DNA of 64,000 nt from Bacilli bacterium (GTDB lineage: Bacteria; Bacillota_I; Bacilli_A; RF39; UBA660), in the NCBI GenBank assembly GCA_017459965.1, contig JAFUBW010000002.1, positions 748 to 64,747 of the forward strand, given 5' to 3'. Shown piece by piece: positions 9,230 through 18,433 of this stretch. Every line of letters begins with the position of its first letter. Within the stretch, counting starts at the first letter, position 1. A program made the translations under genes and the position numbers. Under the pieces are notes generated by a model. That model saw nothing but the letters and a program-made list of their open reading frames with translations. It was not told where the DNA came from and searched no databases.

Positions 9230-10576
9230 CTACTTTCCTAAGCAAAAGTTTGAAAATAATGTATCTATTAATTTATCATCATAACTTTCACCTATTATTT
9301 CACCTAATATTTCACATATTTCTTTAATATCTATTTCAAGCATGTCTATTGGAACATTATTTTTTAATGATTCATTTAGATTTTTACTTACTTCAATTGC
9401 TTTTTTTACAAGTGATATTTCCCTTGAATTAGAAAGGTAAGTAAAATCTTTATTATTTAATTCTTCTAAATTATATATATTACTTATTTTTTCTTTTAAT
9501 TCATCAACATTATCTAAGGCTGATAATTTTATTACTTCTTCATCTTTAAATATATTTAAATCTAGTTTATTATCTAAATCTATTTTATTAATTACTATTA
9601 TTCTCTTTTTATTATGTGTTTTTTCAAGTAATTTTATGTCTTCATCTGTTATTTTTTCATTATTATTAAATACAAGTATTACTAAATCTGATTCATTAAT
9701 TAAATTAATACTTTTTTCAACACCTATTCTTTCAACTTTATCTTGTGTATCTCTTATACCCGCGGTATCAATTAGGTTTAATAATATACCATTTATTCTT
9801 ATTTGACCTTCAACTATATCTCTAGTTGTACCTGCGATATCAGTAACTATTGCTTTTTCTTCATTTATTAGTTTATTTAATATTGAACTTTTTCCTACAT
9901 TTGGTTTTCCTAATATTATAGTATTAATACCTTCTTTTATTATTTTTCCATTTTCAGATTCAGAAAGTAATTTAGATAATTCTTTTTCTATATATTCTGA
10001 TATTTCTTTTATTTTATCTTTTGTTACTACTTCTATATCTTCATATTCTGGATAATCTATATTTACTTCTATATTTGCATTTATCCCTACTAATTTATCA
10101 ATAATATCTTTAATTAATTTTGATATATTTCCATTTATACCATTAATAGCAAGTTTTCTTTGATTATCAGTTTTAGCTTCAATTAAATCCATTATAGATT
10201 CTGCTTCTACAAGGTCTATTCTACCATTTAAGAATGCTCTTTTAGTAAATTCACCAGGTTCTGCTAATCTTGCACCATTATTTAATAAAAGTTCTAATAT
10301 TTTATTAGTAGTAGCAATACTACCATGTGAATTTATTTCTATTATATCTTCTCTTGTAAAAGTTTTAGGGGCCTTCATTAATGTTACCATTACTTCATCT
10401 ATTATTTCATTATTTTCTATAATATGGCCATAATTAATTGTATGAGAAGGTTGTTTTGTTAAATCTTTATCAAATATTTTATTAACAATATTTATTGAAT
10501 CTTCTCCACTAACCCTAATTATTGATATAGCACCCACTCCAACCGCAGTTGATATAGCACATATAGTATCATTCAT
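9230..10576 (-). CDS. mnmE: tRNA modification GTPase
   Basis: TrmE layout with G-domain motifs GKPNVGKSS, DTAGIR and NKID. It ends in the C-terminal CLGK tetrapeptide characteristic of MnmE. Confidence 0.93.
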   Translation of the reverse strand: MNDTICAISTAVGVGAISIIRVSGEDSINIVNKIFDKDLTKQPSHTINYGHIIENNEIIDEVMVTLMKAPKTFTREDIIEINSHGSIATTNKILELLLNNGARLAEPGEFTKRAFLNGRIDLVEAESIMDLIEAKTDNQRKLAINGINGNISKLIKDIIDKLVGINANIEVNIDYPEYEDIEVVTKDKIKEISEYIEKELSKLLSESENGKIIKEGINTIILGKPNVGKSSILNKLINEEKAIVTDIAGTTRDIVEGQIRINGILLNLIDTAGIRDTQDKVERIGVEKSINLINESDLVILVFNNNEKITDEDIKLLEKTHNKKRIIVINKIDLDNKLDLNIFKDEEVIKLSALDNVDELKEKISNIYNLEELNNKDFTYLSNSREISLVKKAIEVSKNLNESLKNNVPIDMLEIDIKEICEILGEIIGESYDDKLIDTLFSNFCLGK

Positions 10577-10588
10577 ATAATCACTTCC

Positions 10589-10987
10589 TTATTTTTTTAA
10601 TTTATTTATTTTTATATCATTTTCTATTTCCAATTGTTTTTCTTTTAATATTCCTTTTTCTACAAGTTCATCCATTGCTTTATTATATTCTATAATTACT
10701 TTATTTAAAAATGAAAAACCTTTTTTACTTTCATAAAAAGGAGTATATGGTTGACAAAAACTATCATCTAAAACAATAATATTATCAAAATCATCAAAAT
10801 TAAATGTTTCATCATTATTAACACTAATTTCAATATGTAATTCTATATCATCAATTAATCTTTTATAATAATAATATTTTGGAGATGGTATTTCTTTAAT
10901 AAATCCACCTTCTTTAAAATTATTCTTTTTTAATTTATTTATTGTCAAATTATCATTTAATATATATTTTTTTATTTCTGGTTTCAT
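10589..10987 (-). CDS. Hypothetical protein (132 aa), no family recognised
   Basis: Clean ORF with its own extended -10 promoter (TGATATAAT, 11019-11027 minus strand) and an SD (TTGGAG). It sits between the jag terminator and mnmE. Confidence 0.55.
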   Translation of the reverse strand: MKPEIKKYILNDNLTINKLKKNNFKEGGFIKEIPSPKYYYYKRLIDDIELHIEISVNNDETFNFDDFDNIIVLDDSFCQPYTPFYESKKGFSFLNKVIIEYNKAMDELVEKGILKEKQLEIENDIKINKLKK

Positions 10988-11033
10988 AAAAAAGCTCCAA
11001 TCAATTTAATTTTTTAATATTATATCATATAAA

Positions 11034-11057
11034 TAAAAAAAAGAGTCATTTGACTCT
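11034..11057 (-). terminator. jag intrinsic terminator
   Basis: AGAGTCA/TGACTCT stem overlapping the jag stop codon, followed by a T8 run on the minus strand. Confidence 0.65.
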
Positions 11058-11664
11058 AATCTATTGATTTAATAACTACAGATCTATTAGGTTCTTCCCC
11101 TTCACTTTCTGTCTTAATACCTTTAAAATCTTTTAATATTTCATGTACTAATCTTCTTTCATAAGAATTCATTGAATCCATTTTAACATCCATTTTTGTT
11201 TTTTGAACTTCTCTTGCTAATTTTTTTGCTAAAAATTCAATATTTCTATGTTGTTTTTCTTTATAATTTTCAACATCTAATATTATATTTACATATATAC
11301 CAGTTTTAGCATATATTGCTTGTCTTACTAATGTCTGAATTGATGAAAGTGTTCTTCCATTTTTCCCTATTATAATACCATTATTATCTGTATGAACTTT
11401 AATTTGTAAATTATTTGCTGTTCTTCTAGTTTCTAAATTAACAGTTAATCCCATACCTTCAATAATATCTTTAATATATTTTTTAGCAAATTCTAATATA
11501 TCTGATTTTAAAACTACTTCCATAATATATTTTTTCTTTTTTAAAAGACCTGATGTTTCTTCTTTCATTGTATAAAGAAGTTCATCTTCTTTAACATTAA
11601 GTTCATTTAATGCATTTAATATTACTTCTTCTTCTGTTTTTGCTTCGTATATATATTTTTCCAT
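11056..11664 (-). CDS. jag: Jag/KhpB RNA-binding protein (KH + R3H)
   Basis: The KH-like region IIGKNGRTLSSIQ and the R3H region SYERRLVHEIL are present. It lies downstream of yidC as in spoIIIJ-jag. Confidence 0.88.
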   Translation of the reverse strand: MEKYIYEAKTEEEVILNALNELNVKEDELLYTMKEETSGLLKKKKYIMEVVLKSDILEFAKKYIKDIIEGMGLTVNLETRRTANNLQIKVHTDNNGIIIGKNGRTLSSIQTLVRQAIYAKTGIYVNIILDVENYKEKQHRNIEFLAKKLAREVQKTKMDVKMDSMNSYERRLVHEILKDFKGIKTESEGEEPNRSVVIKSID

Positions 11665-11681
11665 AATACTTACCTCCCTAC

Positions 11682-12626
11682 TTATGCTTTCTTTTCAGCT
11701 TTTTTCTTAACAATTAAATTTTGAACTATTGTAAATAATGTAGATGCAATCCAATATAAACTGATTGCTACTGAAAAGTTAAGTGACATAAATACAATCA
11801 TAACAAGCATCATATTAAGCATTGTATTTGGATTAATATCATTAGATGCTGGTGTTGGTGCTGTTTTATTAAGTTTTTGAGATATAAATGTTGTAAGACC
11901 TATTAATATAACTATTAAAGCATATTGATAATGACCTGATGTTATAGCCTTCATTGGTGTTGTACCTAATACTAAACCAAATAAATTTTCTTCAAATATT
12001 ACTGGTACTCTATTTATTGCTTCTAAAAATCCAAACAATAATGGTATTTGAATAAATGCAAATAAACAAGATGAAAATGGATTTATTTTATATTTTTTAT
12101 AAAGAGCCATTGTTTCCATTGATTTAGCTTGAAGTGATTCTTGATCATTTTTATTTTCATATTTTTTATTAATTCTATCTATTTCAGGTTGCATTTGTTT
12201 CATTTTTTCTGATTGTTCTGCTGTTCCTTTTGTAAATGGTGCTAGTATTAATCTAATAATTATAGAAAGTATAATTAAAGCTATACCATAATATTTTACA
12301 AGACTACCTAATTTAATTGTAATCCAAGCAAGTGGTTTTACAACTATAGATTCCCATAAATTATTATAATTTCCATCACTTACTTTAAATTCAGTACATT
12401 CTGGAAGTTTATTAATATTTATTTGTTTTTTATATTTATTATATTTTTTAATAACTCCTTCATTTGTTGGTTTACATAATATATTTTGGTTTAATGTTAT
12501 TTTTAAATTTTTATCTTCATATGTTACTGCTTTTTTAGTTTTTGGATCTTTTAATACAGTTGTACATCCTGTTACCATAAAAATTAAAAATAAAAATACT
12601 AGTAATTTTTTTATCTGATTTTTCAT
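11682..12626 (-). CDS. yidC: YidC/SpoIIIJ/OxaA membrane protein insertase (lipoprotein)
   Basis: Lipobox MVTGC, multi-pass 60-kDa-IMP-type core and a basic C-terminal tail KKKAEKKA. The rnpA-yidC synteny is kept. Confidence 0.9.
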   Translation of the reverse strand: MKNQIKKLLVFLFLIFMVTGCTTVLKDPKTKKAVTYEDKNLKITLNQNILCKPTNEGVIKKYNKYKKQININKLPECTEFKVSDGNYNNLWESIVVKPLAWITIKLGSLVKYYGIALIILSIIIRLILAPFTKGTAEQSEKMKQMQPEIDRINKKYENKNDQESLQAKSMETMALYKKYKINPFSSCLFAFIQIPLLFGFLEAINRVPVIFEENLFGLVLGTTPMKAITSGHYQYALIVILIGLTTFISQKLNKTAPTPASNDINPNTMLNMMLVMIVFMSLNFSVAISLYWIASTLFTIVQNLIVKKKAEKKA

Positions 12627-12636
12627 ATTTTATCTC

Positions 12637-12966
12637 CTAATCTAATACTTTTGAAATTAAATTTATTAAATTTTCTTTTATTTCTTTATAATTTAAGTTA
12701 TTAATTTCATTCCTTATAATTATAACATAATCATTATTAGTTTTAAATACTAAATTACTTTTATCTAATATATCTTTTATTTGTCTTTTTATTTTATTTC
12801 TAGTCACTGCATTACCTATTTTTTTAGATACACATATAGCAAATCTATAATTATTAATACTATTATTATCCTTATATATATAGAAATATTTATTTTTTAT
12901 CATATTTCTTTTATTGATAATATTATTAATATCATAATTTTTCTTTATTATATTAATTTTCTTCAT
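12637..12966 (-). CDS. rnpA: RNase P protein component
   Basis: 109 aa with the RNR-type motif KKIGNAVTRNKIKRQIK, lying downstream of rpmH. Confidence 0.9.
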   Translation of the reverse strand: MKKINIIKKNYDINNIINKRNMIKNKYFYIYKDNNSINNYRFAICVSKKIGNAVTRNKIKRQIKDILDKSNLVFKTNNDYVIIIRNEINNLNYKEIKENLINLISKVLD

Positions 12967-12982
12967 ACTTTCACCTATTTAC

Positions 12983-13008
12983 AAAAAAAACCACTATAAA
13001 ATAAGTGG
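12983..13008 (-). terminator. Hairpin + T-run between rpmH and rnpA (partial terminator/attenuator)
   Basis: On the minus strand CCACTTATTTTATAGTGG is followed by TTTTTTTT, located between the rpmH stop and the rnpA SD. Confidence 0.5.
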
Positions 13009-13013
13009 AATTA

Positions 13014-13136
13014 TTATTTTGATAAAGTTTTTCTTCCTTTTTTTCTTCTATTATTTAATACTTTACCTTTTACTCTAGAAAAAAATCCATGTTTTTTTGC
13101 TTTTTTTCTATTATTTGGTTGAAATGTTCTTTTCAT
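13014..13136 (-). CDS. rpmH: 50S ribosomal protein L34
   Basis: This gene is absent from the ORF track because it is shorter than 60 aa. Hand translation gives [40 protein letters not shown], with GGAGGTG immediately upstream. Confidence 0.9.
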   Translation of the reverse strand: MKRTFQPNNRKKAKKHGFFSRVKGKVLNNRRKKGRKTLSK

Positions 13137-13167
13137 TTTTGCACCTCCAGATTCGTAAAACATTTAA

Positions 13168-13195
13168 ATTATACCATTTTTTCTATAAAAGTCAA
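13168..13195 (-). promoter_or_regulatory. rpmH promoter (sigma-A type)
   Basis: On the minus strand: TTGACT, 16-nt spacer, TATAAT. Confidence 0.55.
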
Positions 13196-13319
13196 TCATT
13201 TTTAATTTATTTTACATTAATATATACAATATTTAAGTATATAATTAATAAACTAAAAAATTTTTATGTATAGTAATTATATTTTTTTAATGATATAATA
13301 TTAAAAGCAGGGTGGTTAT

Positions 13320-14156
13320 ATGAAAATAGCATTTATTTCTGATATACATTCTAATTTACATGCTTTAGATTTAGTTTTAGATGATATATCAAATAGAAAT
13401 ATAGATAAAATTATTTGTTTAGGTGATATTTTAGTTAAATATTTATATCCAAAAGAGGTATTAAAATTAGTTCAAGATAATTGTCAAATTGTAATAAAAG
13501 GTAATTGTGATGAATTAGTTGCAACAAATGAAATATATAAATTTGCTAGAAATCAGATTGGAATTGATGGAATAGAATATTTAAATAATTTACCAGTAAC
13601 ATATCAAGTAAAAATTAATAAAATATTATTGAATTTATATCATTCTAATCCTAAAGATTTAGAATCTGTTTTTAATCCTTTATTTATTGACAATAAACCA
13701 AGTAAACATAAACAAATAATAAAAGATTATAATGAAATGTTTATAAATAATAAATCACAAGTAGTAATTGTAGGGCATACACATCAAGATTTTATTGCTA
13801 AAGTTATTAATAATAAATTAGAAATAATAAATAATAATATAATTAAATTAAATAATAATGATAAATATATCATAAATGTTGGTAGTGTAGGGGAACATGA
13901 TCATATGATTAATAATAATTTAAAATATAGATCACTTTTAGACGATTATATAACATATATGATATTTGATAGTGATAATAATACTTCACAAATAATTAAA
14001 ATACCATATAAAGAAAAATTACTTGAAGTATATTTTGATTTTAAAAATAAACAAAATGACGATAATATACCAAATACGCCTAATTATTTAAGAAGAATAG
14101 AAGATTCCTTAATTGATATGGGTTATGATAAAAAAGATTTAATATTAAAAAAATAA
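13320..14156 (+). CDS. Calcineurin-like metallophosphoesterase (YfcE/MJ0936-like)
   Basis: Metallophosphoesterase motifs DIHSN, GD, GNCD and GHTH are present in order. The SD is GGGTGG. Confidence 0.75.
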   Translation: MKIAFISDIHSNLHALDLVLDDISNRNIDKIICLGDILVKYLYPKEVLKLVQDNCQIVIKGNCDELVATNEIYKFARNQIGIDGIEYLNNLPVTYQVKINKILLNLYHSNPKDLESVFNPLFIDNKPSKHKQIIKDYNEMFINNKSQVVIVGHTHQDFIAKVINNKLEIINNNIIKLNNNDKYIINVGSVGEHDHMINNNLKYRSLLDDYITYMIFDSDNNTSQIIKIPYKEKLLEVYFDFKNKQNDDNIPNTPNYLRRIEDSLIDMGYDKKDLILKK

Positions 14157-14169
14157 GAGGGTAATTATA

Positions 14170-15375
14170 ATGAAAATTTATGAAAAATTAAAATTTTATA
14201 ATCAAGAACATTTATTAAATTTTTATAAAGAACTTAATTTTATAGAAAAAATACTATTAAAAAAACAAATTAATAAAATTGATTTTGAAAAAATTAATAA
14301 TTTATATAAAAATTCTTTTTATGATGAAGAACTAGATATAAATAAAATATCTAATTTAAATTGTATATATAAATTAAAAAATAATGAAATTAAAAAATAT
14401 AATAAAATAGGGGAAGAATTAATTAAAAATAAAAAATATGGTATTGTAATAATGGCTGGTGGTAATGCATCTAGATTAGATTTAGATATACCTAAAGGAT
14501 GTTTAAAATTAAATATAAATAATAAAAAAATTTCTATTTTTGAAATTTATATAAATCAATTAAAAAATATTTATGAAAAATATAATGTATATATACCTTT
14601 ATATATAATGACTAGTTCATATAATTATAAAAATACAAAAAAATTTTTTAAGGATAATAATTATTTTAAATATCCTAAAGATAAAATTGTTTTTTTTAAA
14701 CAAAATAATTTACCAATATTAGATATAAATGGAAAAATATTATTAAAAAATAAATATAATATTTTATTTGGACCTAATGGAAATGGTGACGTATTTAATT
14801 CTTTAAAATATAATAATTTAATTAAAAAAATGAAAAAAAATAATTTAGAATATATTTTATTTTCAACTATTGATAATGTATTAACTAATTTAATTGATTT
14901 TAAATTTATTGGTTCCACAATATATAATAATTATAATTTAGCTACTAAAACTATTTTAAAAAATGATGAAAATGATAAAAACTGGGTATTTTGTAAATAT
15001 GACAATAAACCATACATGATTCCATCTAGATATCTCAATAATGATATAAATAATAAAAAAGATAATAATAATAATTTTGTTTATAGAGATAAAAATATAA
15101 CATATCATTTAATAAATATAAATGAAATAATTAAATATTCTAATATTAAATTGAAATATCATAGGGCATTTAAGAAAAATAATTATATGAATAATAATGG
15201 TGAATTTATAATTGCAGATAAACAAAATACTTTCAAATTTGAAAAATTTATATTTGATGCATTTGAATATTCTAATGATATGCTTTTGTATAGAATAGAT
15301 GAAAAAGAGTTTTGCACAATAAAAAATAAAGAAGATATTAAAAAAGCTGAAAATATTTTAAATAAAGTGAAATAA
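14170..15375 (+). CDS. UDPGP-type (UAP1-like) UDP-sugar pyrophosphorylase family protein
   Basis: MAGGNASRL..PKG and GPNGNGDVF resemble the LAGGQGTRLG and P(D/N)GNGG motifs of UTP--hexose-1-phosphate uridylyltransferases. The glycine of RLG is replaced. Confidence 0.6.
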   Translation: MKIYEKLKFYNQEHLLNFYKELNFIEKILLKKQINKIDFEKINNLYKNSFYDEELDINKISNLNCIYKLKNNEIKKYNKIGEELIKNKKYGIVIMAGGNASRLDLDIPKGCLKLNINNKKISIFEIYINQLKNIYEKYNVYIPLYIMTSSYNYKNTKKFFKDNNYFKYPKDKIVFFKQNNLPILDINGKILLKNKYNILFGPNGNGDVFNSLKYNNLIKKMKKNNLEYILFSTIDNVLTNLIDFKFIGSTIYNNYNLATKTILKNDENDKNWVFCKYDNKPYMIPSRYLNNDINNKKDNNNNFVYRDKNITYHLININEIIKYSNIKLKYHRAFKKNNYMNNNGEFIIADKQNTFKFEKFIFDAFEYSNDMLLYRIDEKEFCTIKNKEDIKKAENILNKVK

Positions 15376-15386
15376 TTCACTTTTTT

Positions 15387-15587
15387 TGTGGAAAAAAATG
15401 TAATTTTTTATTATAATATATAGAAAAAATTAGTTATGAACATTTTAAACAATATTGTTTATAAATTATGAATGTTTAAAAAAATAATAAACATACTAAA
15501 ATTTGTGGAAAATGTTGAAAACATATTTTTTTCTTTTAAATAAAATAATATTTATAAACATTTATTGTGGATAAGTATTGTGGACTA
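15387..15587. other. oriC part 1: DnaA-box cluster upstream of dnaA
   Basis: One perfect box TGTGGATAA (15566-15574). One-mismatch boxes TGTGGAAAA lie at 15387 and 15504. Two-mismatch boxes are at 15513 (TGTTGAAAA), 15579 (TGTGGACTA), 15434, 15456 and 15552. An A/T tract lies at 15600-15616. Confidence 0.7.
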
Positions 15588-15660
15588 TAATTTTATATTG
15601 AAATAAAAAAAAAATAGGTTATAATTAAATTACATAAAACAATTCAGGGGAGATGAAAAT

Positions 15661-17034
15661 ATGAATATAGATAATATTTGGAATAAATTTTTAAATTCTA
15701 TTAAATCAAGATTATCTTCGCTTTCATATAATACTTGGTTTTCATCTTCTAAATTAGTAGAATTAAATGAGGAAGCAGCAATTATTGTAGTACCAACAAT
15801 AGCTCATAAAAAACATCTATCAGAATCATATATAGATATTATCGAAGAAATATTTAATAATATTACAGGTACTAATTTTAATATTGAATTTTTACTTGAA
15901 AATGAATATGAACAATTAAAAAAAGATAATAAACCTATTATTGAAGAAGAAATTGAAGAAATAGGTGTTCCTCATAATAGTATAGAAAAGGCTAATTTAA
16001 ATCCTGATTATACTTTTGAAAATTTTATAGTAGGGGAAAGTAATAGATTTGCACAAGCTACTGCACTTGCTGTTGCTGAAAATCCTGGTAAAATGTATAA
16101 TCCTTTATTTATATATGGTAATAGTGGTTTAGGTAAAACACATTTAATGCAAGCAATTGGTAATTATATAGTAAAAAATACATCAAAAAGAGTACTTTAT
16201 GTTACATCTGATCAATTTATTAATGATTTTTTAGGTATAAATAAAAGAGATAAAGATGGATCTAATCTTGATTATATAGATTTATTTAAAGATAAATACA
16301 GAAATATTGATGTTCTTATTATAGATGATATACAATTTTTAGGAAATGCTCCTAAAACTCAAAATGAATTTTTCCACACATTTAATAATCTATATGACGA
16401 TAAAAAACAAATAATAATATCTTCTGATTCATCTCCTGATGATTTAAAACATTTAGAAGATAGACTTAGAACTAGATTTAATTGGGGATTAAAAGTAAAT
16501 ATTTTTCCACCAGATAATGAACTTAGAAAAGAAATACTTAGAAAAAAAATGGCAAATATGGAGTTTTCTAAACATATATCTGAAGATGCAATTGAATATA
16601 TAGCTAATATGTGTTCATCTGATGTTAGAAGTTTAGAAGGGGCTTTAACTAGAGTTTGTGCTTATTCTACAATATTTTTTGAAGAAGATATAACACTTGA
16701 ACTTGCTGTTGAGGCATTAAAAGGAACAATAACACCTACAACTAACTTTAAAAATGATATACAAAAAATACAAAGAGTTGTTGCAGAACATTACAATGTA
16801 ACTGTTGATGATTTAAAATCAAAGAAAAGAGTAGCAACTATAGCTTTTCCAAGACAAATTGCTATATATTTATCTAGACAATTAACTGATGAATCATTTC
16901 CTAGAATAGGTATGGAATTTGGTGGAAGAGATCATTCAACAGTAATACATTCAGTTGATAAAATTCAAAAAGAAATTAAAAATAATAAACAACTTGAAAA
17001 TATTATTAATGAAATAAAAGAAAAATTAAAGTAA
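15661..17034 (+). CDS. dnaA: Chromosomal replication initiator protein
   Basis: Walker A GNSGLGKTHL, IDDIQF, box VII SDVRSLEGAL, and the domain IV HTH (FGGRDHSTVIH). Confidence 0.97.
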   Translation: MNIDNIWNKFLNSIKSRLSSLSYNTWFSSSKLVELNEEAAIIVVPTIAHKKHLSESYIDIIEEIFNNITGTNFNIEFLLENEYEQLKKDNKPIIEEEIEEIGVPHNSIEKANLNPDYTFENFIVGESNRFAQATALAVAENPGKMYNPLFIYGNSGLGKTHLMQAIGNYIVKNTSKRVLYVTSDQFINDFLGINKRDKDGSNLDYIDLFKDKYRNIDVLIIDDIQFLGNAPKTQNEFFHTFNNLYDDKKQIIISSDSSPDDLKHLEDRLRTRFNWGLKVNIFPPDNELRKEILRKKMANMEFSKHISEDAIEYIANMCSSDVRSLEGALTRVCAYSTIFFEEDITLELAVEALKGTITPTTNFKNDIQKIQRVVAEHYNVTVDDLKSKKRVATIAFPRQIAIYLSRQLTDESFPRIGMEFGGRDHSTVIHSVDKIQKEIKNNKQLENIINEIKEKLK

Positions 17035-17208
17035 TGTTGAAAAAATAAAATAATAAACATAAAAATTAAACATTTTTAAACAATTAAAAACAATAAAATA
17101 CCTTATAAAATAAGTAAAAATAAACTTTTAAACATTTTCAACAGTAATAATAAAAATAAAATTCAAATAAAAAAATATATATGGTATAATTAGCATAGGA
17201 GGGTTAAA
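17035..17208. other. oriC part 2: AT-rich dnaA-dnaN spacer with degenerate boxes and the dnaN promoter
   Basis: A TGTTGAAAA box at 17035 and its inverse TTTTCAACA near 17136 flank an extremely A/T-rich stretch. TGGTATAAT is the extended -10 element before dnaN. Confidence 0.5.
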
Positions 17209-18330
17209 ATGAAATTTAGCATAAAAAAAGAAATATTATTAGAAAACTTAAATAATGTATCTAAAGCAGTATCTACAAAAAATGTAATACCTGTTCTTGG
17301 AGGTATTAAATTTAATTTAACAAACGAAGGATTATTTTTAACAGCTACCAATAATGATATAGATATAGAAAGTTTTATTGATAAAAAATATATAGATAAT
17401 ATAGAATCAACAGGTAGTATTATTATTCAAGGTAAATATCTACTTGAAATAATTAGAAAATTACCAGATGGTATTATTAATATAGAAGTAATTGATGGAC
17501 TTAAAATATTAATTTATACTGAAAATTCAAATTTTAATTTAAATGGTATAGATTCAGGTGAATTTCCTAATATAAGTTTAGATATATCTACAAATCCTAT
17601 TATTTTAAGTAAGAAGGTTATAAAAAATATAGTTAATCAAACTTTATTTGCAACAAGTACTCAAGAATCAAGACCAATACTTACTGGTATTAATTTTAAA
17701 ATAGAAAATAATAAAATGGAATGTGTTGCAACTGATTCATATAGACTTGCTAAAAAAATAATAGATTTAGAAAATAATGTGGATAATTTAATTAATATAG
17801 TTGTTCCAGGTAAGAATATAGGAGAACTTGCTAAAATATTAAATGATGAAGATGAAAATGTAGAAATACATATTTTCTCAAATAAAATATTATTTAAATT
17901 TGATAATATTTTATTTCAATCAAGACTTTTAAATGGAACATTTCCAGATACATCAAGATTAATTCCACAAGAATTTGAATTAGAAGTAAAGGCTGATTTA
18001 AATGATTTTTACAATGTTATAGATAGAGCAGCTCTTCTTACAACAGAAAAAGAAAAAAATGTTATTAAATTTGAAACAAATGGTAATGAAGTAATAGTTT
18101 CATCAAATACACCAGAAATAGGTAAAGTTGAAGAAAAATTGTCAATTACTAAAAATAATGATAAAGAAATTAAAATAGCATTTTCATCTAAATTTATGAT
18201 GGAAGCTCTTAGAACAATTAATAGTAAAGATATTAGAATTTTATTAAATTCTGATGTAAAACCTATTATATTAAAAACTGACGAAGATGAAAATTTAATA
18301 CAATTATTATTACCAATAAAAACATATTAA
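17209..18330 (+). CDS. dnaN: DNA polymerase III beta sliding clamp
   Basis: 373 aa with the three-domain clamp pattern (ATDSYRLA, RLLNGTFPD), lying immediately after dnaA. Confidence 0.95.
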   Translation: MKFSIKKEILLENLNNVSKAVSTKNVIPVLGGIKFNLTNEGLFLTATNNDIDIESFIDKKYIDNIESTGSIIIQGKYLLEIIRKLPDGIINIEVIDGLKILIYTENSNFNLNGIDSGEFPNISLDISTNPIILSKKVIKNIVNQTLFATSTQESRPILTGINFKIENNKMECVATDSYRLAKKIIDLENNVDNLINIVVPGKNIGELAKILNDEDENVEIHIFSNKILFKFDNILFQSRLLNGTFPDTSRLIPQEFELEVKADLNDFYNVIDRAALLTTEKEKNVIKFETNGNEVIVSSNTPEIGKVEEKLSITKNNDKEIKIAFSSKFMMEALRTINSKDIRILLNSDVKPIILKTDEDENLIQLLLPIKTY

Positions 18331-18358
18331 AAGAAAATATTACTTTTTCTTTTTTTTT
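18331..18358 (+). terminator. dnaN terminator
   Basis: AAGAAAA/TTTTCTT stem with a 7-nt loop and a T8 run. Confidence 0.5.
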
Positions 18359-18433
18359 ACTATTTTTGATAAATTTCGACATATATAATATGGTTTAATA
18401 AATAATTGTAAATTTTTAAAGGGGGAAATTTTT

